Assembly (NCBI GenBank): GCA_965235115.1
Contig: OZ249445.1
Coordinates: 7,936,001-8,000,000 of the forward strand
DNA length: 64,000 nt
Direction of reading: 5' to 3'
DNA from: Laetmonice hystrix
Taxonomy: Eukaryota
In this document: piece after piece, positions 54,501 to 64,000 of the stretch
Numbering within the stretch: the stretch's first letter is position 1
Layout: the number at the start of each line of letters is the position of its first letter
Notes under the pieces: model-generated
Told to the model about the DNA's origin: nothing
Seen by the model: the letters and a program-made list of their open reading frames with translations, nothing else
Databases searched by the model: none
Program-made: the position numbers and the translations under genes

Positions 54501-56023
54501 CCAATTCCCCAACATCTTGAAAAAAGCTGGATAGAAGGTCCCCTGGGAGAAAACAAGTGGATTCATTATTGTCGAGGTTCACAATGACGTACCAACTTAC
54601 TCTTAAATTACTACTAAATACAAGGCATAGCATCATTTATTCTTCGTTACATATACACATAGGCCTACACACAGATCTGTATGGCTTACCGATGACATCC
54701 CCTTCAAAACTTGCACCACAATGAGTAGATACACACTCCCCCTGGCGGCAACGGGAGACACCAACGTCAACAAAACTAAAGCTATCATTCCTGAAAGTTA
54801 TTGACTGGTCAGTAAGATAGGACAGTGTAAAATGTCTAGTATCGTAAACACTACCTGTTTAATTATGTCCGTCCACGCTATCTTACTATACAGTTGTTCA
54901 CTGGACGGCCAATGCTAATTCCCAGGTGTAGGAGGCCCTTTTCCCAATTTTATAAACACGAACTGATACAAAAGTCCCAAATATATGTAAATAAATCAGA
55001 CTTCCAATAAGTAAACCGTAAGCGTTGGGTCAGGGAGAGACGTGTAACTATGGTAACTAACCGGATCCAAGGACATGCTTCCCCCCGAACCGTTTGGAGA
55101 GCCAACCGGCCGGGACCTGAGTAACGATATAGCCCAAGTAGAAGGATGACAGCACCCAGCCTCGGATCTCCCGGGACCACTCAAAATCTCCGGTCTGGGG
55201 GTCACAGACAATTTATAGACGGCGTTAGAAGACACAAGGGGACCAGCAGTAGAGGTATTAGTGAGAAGTAAGTGTTGGAGCAGGGATGGGATGACAGTGG
55301 TAAAATAGGCCTTGAACTCTGCAGTCTAGCAATATTTTCTAGTTCGGTAAGAATTGTGGAAAGATCTCTAGACCAACAGGGGACCGATTGAGTTAGGGAT
55401 CACAGAAAGAGAAGTGTATCGGACACCTATTCGGGCCATCTGTGATGAAAAGTAGGCCTTTGTAGCTAGCCTTATCATAGTATGATGCGTGTAAGGCAGT
55501 TGCAAAATCCTGGATGTTGCCCCCCCCCCCCCCCCCAGTTGCAAAATCCTGGATCCGCCCCTGGGTCAGAACAACCCACGTACATACAGAGCCGCCGGCC
55601 TGGTCCTTTCGAAAAGTTGCTATTCGGCTTTGGCATGCACATCCCACGGACAGGGTGTGGTAGTAGGAGGATGGAAAACAAAACAAGAGCTACGAGGATG
55701 AAGAGGACAAACTTTCACCCCCCCCCCCCCCAAAAAAAAAAAAAAAAATCTTGGTAAATTACTGCACTGCAAAAACAAAATATAAAGTCGACCTATAGGT
55801 GAACTGTTCACCTGTTCAGTGGTTCCCGCGTCATCATCTCGTCCGGGGCAGTCAGACGGCCGGCCAGGACTGATTGTGACGTTAGTGCCCTCCTCTGTGA
55901 CATTGGGGTCGATTGTCATACAGACGATAGCAACGCCCATGTTAACCCGCATCATGTACAAGCAAACCGTGCCAATGAAGCCGATAATGGACAGGCCGAA
56001 CCGGCTCGAGGTCAGCCAAGGTA
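51501..56023 (-). CDS. SLC17: SLC17-family (sialin/VGLUT-like) MFS anion transporter, tandem copy A; 11 coding exons resolved, start exon upstream uncertain
   Basis: Exons 56023-55812, 55194-55062, 54790-54690, 54542-54455, 54140-54045, 53945-53818, 52963-52808, 52582-52450, 52240-52090, 51909-51819 and 51680-51501 (TAA) are phase-compatible GT-AG exons totalling 1469 nt (~490 aa with a short start exon). Family motifs present: YMMRVNMGVAIVCM, GDFEWSREIRGWVLSSFYLGYIVTQVPAGWLSKRFGGK, WAPPNERS, GGWPSIFYLFG, SPSSHPRISKVEREFIE, NPIDIAP, EEWR. A possible start is ATGG|gtacgg near 56398-56401. Confidence 0.92.
53240..53357. mobile_element. Hairpin/MITE-like element in SLC17 copy A intron
   Basis: aggagcctcgtccgttcgggt (53255-53275) is the exact reverse complement of acccgaacggacgaggctcct (53326-53346), and the interior is imperfectly palindromic. 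Copy B retains only the left arm (~59392-59416). Confidence 0.7.
55497..55563 (-). mobile_element. Terminus of a CAGGGGCGGATCCAGG/poly-G MITE-like element in a copy-A-specific intron segment
   Basis: The minus strand reads caggggcggatccaggattttgcaactggg(n)..., with the internal motif gttgcaaaatcctggat duplicated. The related terminus ggatccgcccctg recurs near 62111-62123. Confidence 0.55.
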
Positions 56024-56567
56024 CTGCCAAAAGTTCGTAAAAAAATAGCCATCGACACCAATCCACCTATAGTCTAGAACTAGGGCTATTAACCTTTGAA
56101 CTGAGATACTTCCAAATTCTAATCTTACCAGTGTAGGCCTATAGCTGTAGGCATTGAAATAGGGGTCAATGCAAAGGTACTATAATTATAGGCCCTGAAC
56201 CTATACAATCATACAATCCAGGTAGGCCTATTAGGCCTAGACCCTTGAGCCAAGTTCTTTCTAACGGGAAGCCTGGACCTAACGGTTAACTCGCATAAAA
56301 ATGATCGAATAGATGCCCCCAACAATGCAGGCTACAATTTCAATAGGATAGGCATACTGCTTCACATGGTCGGCCTAAGAAGGACTATTATCCGTACCCA
56401 TGAGATGGGTCGGTGTCAGGCTCTGACACGCCTACCTTTTACTGCCTGATTTCGGCCTATGTTGTATGTCGTTACCATGTTGCTGACGTGAAACTGGCGA
56501 TTCCTAGCGACAGGGTTCCATGAACAGACAGTTGGCTGTCGTGGATGCCCGGTATTGTCCGTGTAGA

Positions 56568-56605
56568 GCGGGTGCAACGTCCACCAAGTCAGTGAAGAGT
56601 CCACT
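56568..56605 (-). pseudogene. Relic fragment of a copy-C-type SLC17 exon (SGLFTDLVDVAP) at the A/B duplication junction
   Basis: The minus strand reads AGT GGA CTC TTC ACT GAC TTG GTG GAC GTT GCA CCC GC; copy C reads AGT GGT CTC TTC ACT AAC TTG GTG GAC GTC GCA CCT GC (34/38 nt identical). The GT donor is absent and the flanks are unrelated. Confidence 0.75.
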
Positions 56606-57583
56606 CCACTCCACTCCACGAACGGCAGGTTTAACTCTGGTCAAACAGACTGTGATGGAGGGTAGTCGAACGGGATCCTATACCCAGATCCATTGGCACA
56701 ATCATGACTTAGTAACGAAATATTATCACAGTACTCGTAGGCCTACTGTAGCAGGGTTTCCGCCAGAAAATAATTGATGGGGGGGGGGGGGGCGTATGAA
56801 GTGTTCACTTCATACTGCTCTCAGTCTCTTTTTACATGCGCCAATGCACTTCCTGATCTCTGATAGGGAATTATCTTCCCATTATTGGGAAATAAGCAGC
56901 GTTCTGAACGTGTTGCTAAACGTGATAATGATACGATTTCCCTTAAACTTCTGATTACAGTCATATCGTCCTAATGTTGCAGTTTCTCTGTAGGGTTTGG
57001 CAAATTAAACATCTGGGTTTCTCTAGAAGTACTAGGAATAGCACATAATTTATTATATCTAGTGGTTCACAACATTATACATATTGTAAACCATGCAAAA
57101 ACTAAATATTGAAAACTTCTTTACCCAAGGTACAATGCGGTGCATCAAATAAGTGTCAAATTGGACACCTAGCAGCTGCATGATATTTGACCTAATTCCG
57201 GCATTGTGTTTTTAGACACTGATTTTTGTTTTTAGCGCCACGGGATTATTATCAAAGCTATTGAGCTGACACTTTAACATACAAGAGATAATATCACGAA
57301 GTTATATTATGAGAAATTTTATTGAATTATAATGGAGAGTTTTTGAGATATTAAAGTTTAAAGTTCGGGGCGTTTTTTTTATCCACCCGATATAATACTT
57401 TCACACAACACACCATTAATACGCCTAGTGTTGTGTGTCCAAGGTATCCTTGGGCCCCGGCCCCGGCCGGCAACCCACCCTTGTCCCGCCCACTTCTCAG
57501 CCGATGTATGCCTCCTCCATGGGAAGCATAGACATGCGATCTGAGCGATTGGGTGACACCCCATCAGAGACTCGGACTGACCA

Positions 57584-60500
57584 CTACAAGTATGCCACAT
57601 TTAATTCGCCATGCACGCTTGGGACGGGACTGTTCCTAGTCGATTCGGCATCCGCACCCTTTGCCCATTTCGCTTCTCTCGCGTCACCAAAGATGATGTA
57701 GAAAATCCACCCAAACATGAAAATTCCGGCTCCGACGAAGAATGTTACCTGCCATTCTTCAGGTGTGCCCTATTGTCAGGAATGCAGAATAAATTCTTCA
57801 CAAGTTGAAATTCTTCACAAACTAAGAAAAAGTAGGCCTTAGAGATAGAGGCCATGTCAAAGCTTTTGATATGTTGAAAAATTAAGGGAGAAGCAAGTAA
57901 TTTCTTACGTTTTTAGTCATGGCCGAAGTGATGGGAGGGCCGATGACCCCAGGAATGTTGTTAAAGACGTTGTCTATGCCAGTTAAAATTCCCACATATC
58001 TTGAAATTTAAAACGGATAGCTTGTTAGTAGACCGTGCGTGTATGGGTGCGGACATTTACAGGTAGGCCCCTATGGTTTTATATTGGCCTATTACTTTTC
58101 TTATTTACTTTATCATTTGGGATTTTCTTTCACATTTTGGGTACTCAAGCTAAATTTTTACATTGGAACCATAAAAGGGCGTCTTACGCAGGTGCTATAT
58201 CAATAGGATTGACGGCACTTCCGCCTCGAGAGCATGCCATCAGACCAACCCACACCGACAGCAGGGCCACCGCTAGTGTGACGTCACGACACGTCAGGTA
58301 CGATACACCAATGGCGAACCCGGCAGACGGCACGAACGCTGGAAATGACGTTACCTTTCCTAGTCAAAGAACTATAGATTCTTAGGCCTACTTCTGAATT
58401 ACGGAGGTATTTGTTCTAAACTAAACTGTTTACAGAGTAGACCTGTAGGTGTCCCAGCAGGTCCAGACCCCCTGTTTGAGATACGTTCTCCCCCCCACCC
58501 TCTTTCAAAATCCGTCCCGACAGAGAATCACTAAACTGACTTACCAAATGTTTGCAAAAGCTTTCTAGTCCTTGTCCGTGACAACAATTCATGTGTCAAA
58601 ATGGCATCAGCGATGAAAGCCGCGAGTAACGTGATGACAAAATTACAGATGTACGGTAGCGAGTTATAGAATCCATTCTGGTGACAGATTTACAGGTAGT
58701 TATGAGAAACCCCCCGAAATTAGTATATTACCAGTGCATGGATGTACAAAGGGGGAAGTAGGCCTATATGTGCTCATGTTTTAAATAGCATAGGCTACAA
58801 CATCATATGCATTTACACAAAATTATGTATAAAAATACGGGAATTCCTGTATCCTAGTATTGAGCACGTGTGCGTATCGACATGTTCACTTCAACAAATC
58901 TGTTAACCTGTTTGATGTCAAACTGAAGTACGTCCTTCAGATATTGCGGTAGCGTAGTCAAGGCGACGGTCCAGCCCCAGCCATAGCACATGTCGGCGAT
59001 ATAGACAGCGAGTAGCGGCACAGAGGATAGTAACGGCCACCATGGTACCTGAGCTGTCCCTGTCTGACGAATAGACCAGTTCATCGCCCGTGCTAACTCA
59101 ACCCCCAAGAAATTTGGTAGAAATTAAAGATCTATAGCCCTGACCGTATCCCTAACCCCTAACCCCGACCCTACTCCTTCCAAAAACATATCCCTATCCC
59201 TGTCCCTGACCCTAAACCGAACCCCTGCCCAAATATTTTGTGGGGAAACTAGTTAATGCTATCTCCTCTTTCACATGTAAGGAACACGAGGAAGTGCGCT
59301 CCAGTTATGGTTTGGATTATGCAACTGTCAGTATTCCTTAAAAAGTGTAAGCAAGTGTCTTATCTTCACCCTGTAGGGTTGAATCACAGCTAGGAGCCTC
59401 GTCCGTTCGGGTTCGGGTGTCCCTAGTCTAGGATTCATTTATCAATTACTATAAACTACAATAGACACGCACCATTCTAATATTTATGAAGATCTTCGAA
59501 CTTTCATCTTACTTGTTTGCGATTCATCCCTATCGAAGACTCGATGAATTCCCTTTCAACTTTTGAAATCCTTGGGTGGCTAGACGGAGATTCAGAGACC
59601 AGTAGCAACCAGATAATGCACCAGACGAAAGATCCCAATCCTGGAGAGTATCAATAGCCATTTTTCCGAAAGTTACTGACTGAATAAAAAGGTCAATACG
59701 CAATATCAACCCAGATATCGTGTTTATATAATACGTACCAAACAAATAGAAAATGGACGGCCATCCACCAAAAATATCAGATGCGCACAGTATTCCCGAA
59801 AATATCGAACTCAAGACCGTCCCAACAGGAGCTCCTGAAATGGTACCCCTTCTTGATAACAAATTGAATATAGGTAAGTTAAAGTAATAAATCAAATATA
59901 CATGTTAAGTCGAGATGACGTTTTAAGCTGTCAACCAGTTCTTCGCCATGATAGCCTACATTCTATACTCGACACCACACTGTTCTCGATACAGGTCTGT
60001 TTTTTTGGTATAAATATTAAGTCGCTAACTTTTATCTACTTTTGAGTTTCCTACATATTATTATTTCACATTTTTCGTCACCCATGTCTTCTTGCAAACT
60101 TCTAGAGAAGTATACTAAATGATAATCCGACCACCTACAGATCACAGAGAAGGTTCACACACCTGCCATTTGAATGCCTGCCAGAATACTTCTCTCGTTA
60201 GGTGGCGCCCAATTCCCCCACATCTTGAAAAAAGCTGGATAGAAGGCCCCCTGGGGGAAAACAAGTGGATTCATTATGTCGAGGTTCACAATGGGCGTAC
60301 CAACGTACTTTTAAATTACTACTAAATACAAAGTATAGCATCATTTATTCTTCGTTACATATATACACATAGGCCTACACACAGATCTGTATGGCTTACC
60401 GATGACATCCCCTTCAAAACTTGCACCACAATGAGTAGATACACACTCCCCCTGGCGGCAACGGGAGACACCAACGTCAACAAAACTAAAGCTATCATTC

Positions 60501-61383
60501 CTGAAAGTTATTGACTGGTCAGTAAGATAGGACAGTGTAAAATGTCTAGTATCGTGAACACTACCTGTTTAATTATGTCCATCCACGCTATCTTACTATA
60601 CAGTTGTTCACTGGACGGCCAAGTGCTAATTCCCAGGTGTAGGAGGCCCTTTTCCCAATTGTATAAACACGAACTGATACAGAAGTCCCAAATATAGAGG
60701 TCTATGTAACCATGTAACTAACCGGATCCAAGGACATGCTTCCCCCCGAACCGTTTGGAGAGCCAACCGGCCGGGACCTGAGTAACGATATAGCCCAAGT
60801 AGAAGGATGACAGCACCCAGCCTCGGATCTCCCGGGACCACTCAAAATCTCCGGTCTGGGGGTCACAGACAATTTATAGACGGCGTTAGAAGACACAGCC
60901 CGTTTTAGTAGGGGGGGCTGCGGAGTGGCTATAAAATTTGAAGGGGAGGCTAGCACATGATGAGATATACGGACTGAGGGGTGGCTAGAGAAAATTGAGG
61001 GGGGGGGGGGGCTCCCAGGCGCTGCCACTGAAAGCAAGAGCTATGAGGATGAAGAGGACATACCCCCCCCCCCCCTATAAAAAGGGAAGGTCCCTATATA
61101 GGAGTGCCATCTTGATAAATTACTGCACTGCAAAAACCAATATAAAGTCGACCTATAGGTGAACTGTTCACCTGTTCAGTGGTTCCCGCGTCATCATCTC
61201 GTCCGGGGCAGTCAGACGGCCGGCCAGGACTGATTGTGACGTTAGTGCCTTCCTCTGTGACATTGGGGTCGATTGTCATACAGACGATGGCAACGCCCAT
61301 GTTAACCCGCATCATGTACAAGCAAACCGTGCCAATGAAGCCGATAATGGACAGGCCGAACCGGCTCGAGGTCAGCCAAGGTA
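57584..61383 (-). CDS. SLC17: SLC17-family MFS anion transporter, tandem copy B (near-identical paralog of copy A)
   Basis: Exons 61383-61172, 60855-60723, 60500-60400, 60250-60163, 59834-59739, 59640-59513, 59063-58908, 58677-58545, 58338-58188, 57999-57909 and 57769-57584 (TAG). Exon sizes and phases match copy A, except the last exon, which is 2 codons longer. I saw no frameshift or premature stop. Confidence 0.9.
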
Positions 61384-62725
61384 CTGCCAAAAGTTCGTGA
61401 GAAACTCGTCATCGACACCAATCCACCTATAGTCTAGAACTAGGGCTATTAACCTTTGAACTGAGATACTTCCAAATTCTAATCTTACCATTGTAGGCTT
61501 ATGGCTGTAGGCATTGAAATAGGGGTCATTGCAAAGGTACTATAATTATAGGCCCTGAACCTATACAATCATACAATTCAGGTAGGCCTATTAGGCCTAG
61601 ACCCTTGAGCCAAGTTCTTTCTAACGGGAAGCCTGGACCTAACGGTTAACTCGCATAAAAATGATCGAATAGATGCCCCCAACATTGCAGGCTACAATTT
61701 CAATAGGATAGGCCTACTGCTTCACATGGTCGGCCTAGAGGGACTATTATCCGTACCCATGAGATGGGTCGGTGTCAGGCTCTGACACGCCTACCTTTTA
61801 CTGCCTCATTTAGGCCTATGTTGTATGTCGTTACCATGTTGCTGACGTGAAACTGGCAATTCCTAGCGACAGGGTTCCACGGCTGTCGGCTGTCGTGGAT
61901 GACCACAAGTCAATTGCCACAATTAATAGGCCTATTGTTTCCCAGATAACGGAAGATAACCATGTCTGATCTATAACGGAGGCCGATCCTGGGCTTCGAG
62001 AAGTGACGGAAACCAGTCAAAGGTTTAGTTTCTTTTCAGACACCAAGATAAACTCAAGTTCTCCCCTCCCAGAACACCCAGATAGGAAATCAGTAAAAAG
62101 AACAGCTGTGGATCCGCCCCTGTCTGAGATGGGGGAGGAAGTCCGTGAATGTGAAAGTTAAAAAACAATAATTGGCCTACAAGTCGATACCAGCCTAATA
62201 GATTAACTATCGCTTTAAGAGACTACTGGTAGGTAATTATGCCTCCGTCATGATGGCAATGACCCTCGATCTGTGCTCGGGCATACCCGTAAGGGGGGGG
62301 GGGGGGTAAAGGCGCATACCCTAAACCCTGACGAAGTCAGTTTTTGCAACTACGTGGCCTATAGATCTATATACCAATATAGTAAAGGCTTCTTCATATA
62401 AGTTTTCTTTTTATGTCGGATTTATATTGTGCATTGAAAGTCAGGGAGCACTCTGCGCGAGAAAAAAATCTTAACTGAGGGGCCTGATTCGCTTAATCAG
62501 AGGCAGGAACTCTCGGAGAGCTGTACTGCTTTTATTGTAAGTTATGGTCCTTCGAAACACAGCTGGGTATATTAGGTTTGTGTCATTGCATATCTTGACA
62601 TAACCCTATTCGCACAGTACATCTCTGTTTGACATTTTGCATAGTGAGGATATATCCCTCGCATACTAATAATGGCCGAGATATTTGTATCAGTAAGGGT
62701 CGGAGTATGCATTCTGTACAGCACT

Positions 62726-63972
62726 TCAAATGCGATCGGTTACGAACGTAATATTGTCCGAGTTCCGTTCATTATTCCCGCCAGGACTCTTCTCTGAAAA
62801 CGTAGGTGACGGTATTTTCGCCCATTCCTGTTCTTCAGCGCTTCCAATTGCCACGTAGACTAGCCAACCAATCAAACATATACCAGCCCCAATGAAGAAT
62901 GCCGTCTGCCATTCCGAAACCGATCCCTTTGACATGAAAATAAATATCGTGGTCAAAAAAACAAATAAATACTTTTCATTTCTTGCTACCATATGCACAT
63001 GCTTGACACATACACGAAAGGATGTACACAAAGTATCCTTTCTCCCTGTCATGACATTATAATTTATATCGAAAACTTGTGGGCAAGCAAGGAGACGAGT
63101 AGGCAGAGAGACACCATTACATACAGTTGACGTTATGGCACTGACGATAGGCGGTCCAATGGCACCGGGAATGCTTCCAAATGTGTTGTCAATCCCCATG
63201 AACACTCCGCTATACCTGCCAAGTAGGTTCAGAACGCAGCAATACACAGTCAAATCATCAATAGAAATACCAACCACGGATAATTAGAGACGCTCTTCAT
63301 GCTCATTTGAAGCAGCGTGCCCGATGATGAAAAAGGCCGAGACGCGTAAGAAGAAGGCACTTAAATGCAGTATTCTCTCACGATCTCCCTCAACAAGGCA
63401 TACAACACGCAGTCATAGATTGTAAGTGACCTGGAAATGACCAAGGTCAAGATGTAAAACTTACGCAGGTGCGACGTCCACCAAGTTAGTGAAGAGACCA
63501 CTCCGGGAACATCCCATAAGGCCAACCCAGAGTGTGAGCAAAGCCACAGCCAGGGGAACATCATGGCAGGTCAAGAAGGCTACGCCAATAGCAAGTGCAG
63601 CAGGAGGGACAAACCCTGAATGATGGCAAAGAATGGGCAAGACCGCACATTGAAAGAGGTCAAAGGCACAAGGAATATGCACGCATGAGTTGCAGTCAGA
63701 CTGAAAGAAGCTGGTCACTGACGCATAAAAAGCCGCTATAGCTCCAATAATTGATTACTACGATCCTGAAACAGGAGTTCCATACCGTAAGTGTTGTTTG
63801 GTGAAAGTTATGTTTTCCATATATAAGGTAAGCCATGCACACCTATAGTTTGTAGGAGTTTTCTGGTCCACGTTCGTGAGAGACCTTTGAACAGAAGCCA
63901 GTCGGCAAACATAGATCCCAGAATGGTGACGATGAAGTTACAAATGTATGGCAGCGCATTGTAAAGTCCGTT
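62726..63972 (-). CDS. SLC17: SLC17-family MFS anion transporter, divergent copy C; last four exons only (5' part beyond window end)
   Basis: Exons 63972-63843 (NGLYNALPYICNF...RTWTRKLLQTI), 63615-63465 (GFVPPAAL...GLFTNLVDVAP), 63215-63125 (YSGVFMGIDNTFGSIPGAIGP) and 62926-62726 (GSVSEWQTAFFIGAG...EEQEWAK...TGA). Intron positions and phases match copies A and B; amino-acid identity to them is roughly half by eye. Confidence 0.92.
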
Positions 63973-64000
63973 CTGTTAAAAACAAACGGATTAATTTTGT

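Larger units (their letters stand above)
50690..61900 (+). repeat. Recent tandem segmental duplication (~6-kb units: ~50690-56550 and ~56640-61900), each unit carrying one SLC17 gene
   Basis: Colinear near-identity of exons, introns and flanks. Examples: aaacagactgtg...gtagtcgaacgggatcc...cccagatccattggcacaa at ~50690 and ~56640; ttcctagcgacagggttcca at ~56500 and ~61860. The units differ by point changes and unit-specific intronic indels. Confidence 0.9.

Noticed and set aside
59128-59230. ccctaaccc-like tract as an interstitial telomere
   Set aside because: It is highly degenerate, intronic and shared with copy A (~53045-53100); more likely a low-complexity TE tail.
62726-63277. 183-aa single ORF as an intronless protein
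   Set aside because: It is read-through of two SLC17 exons plus intron sequence; the spliced model fits the family better.

Overview
This is AT-rich eukaryotic (most likely invertebrate animal) genomic DNA with GT-AG introns, microsatellites, poly-G-containing MITE-like elements and two N gaps. I found no prokaryotic operon, CRISPR array, rRNA or tRNA. Four spliced genes can be reconstructed by hand, all on the minus strand. The first is a five-coding-exon, 179-aa two-LIM CSRP/muscle-LIM-protein gene (45460-48751). The other three are a tandem array of SLC17 (sialin/VGLUT-family) MFS transporters: copy A (51501-56023), copy B (57584-61383) and the last four exons of a more divergent copy C (62726-63972, continuing past the window end). 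A and B lie in a recent ~6-kb tandem duplication and both keep open frames. The first ~45 kb holds no confidently identifiable gene. It contains a 36-bp minisatellite, hairpin/MITE elements, an old inverted duplication (25.3-26.2 kb vs 31.1-32.2 kb) and several exon-like or TE-relic segments, including a possible beta/gamma-crystallin motif. I did not find a convincing new biological system. The best leads are the atypical SLC17 paralogs (canonical TM4 charged residues replaced; A/B amino-acid changes clustered in the C-terminal helices), a relic paralog exon at the duplication junction, and strong local enrichment of the palindrome TAGGCCTA. All alignments and counts were done by eye.
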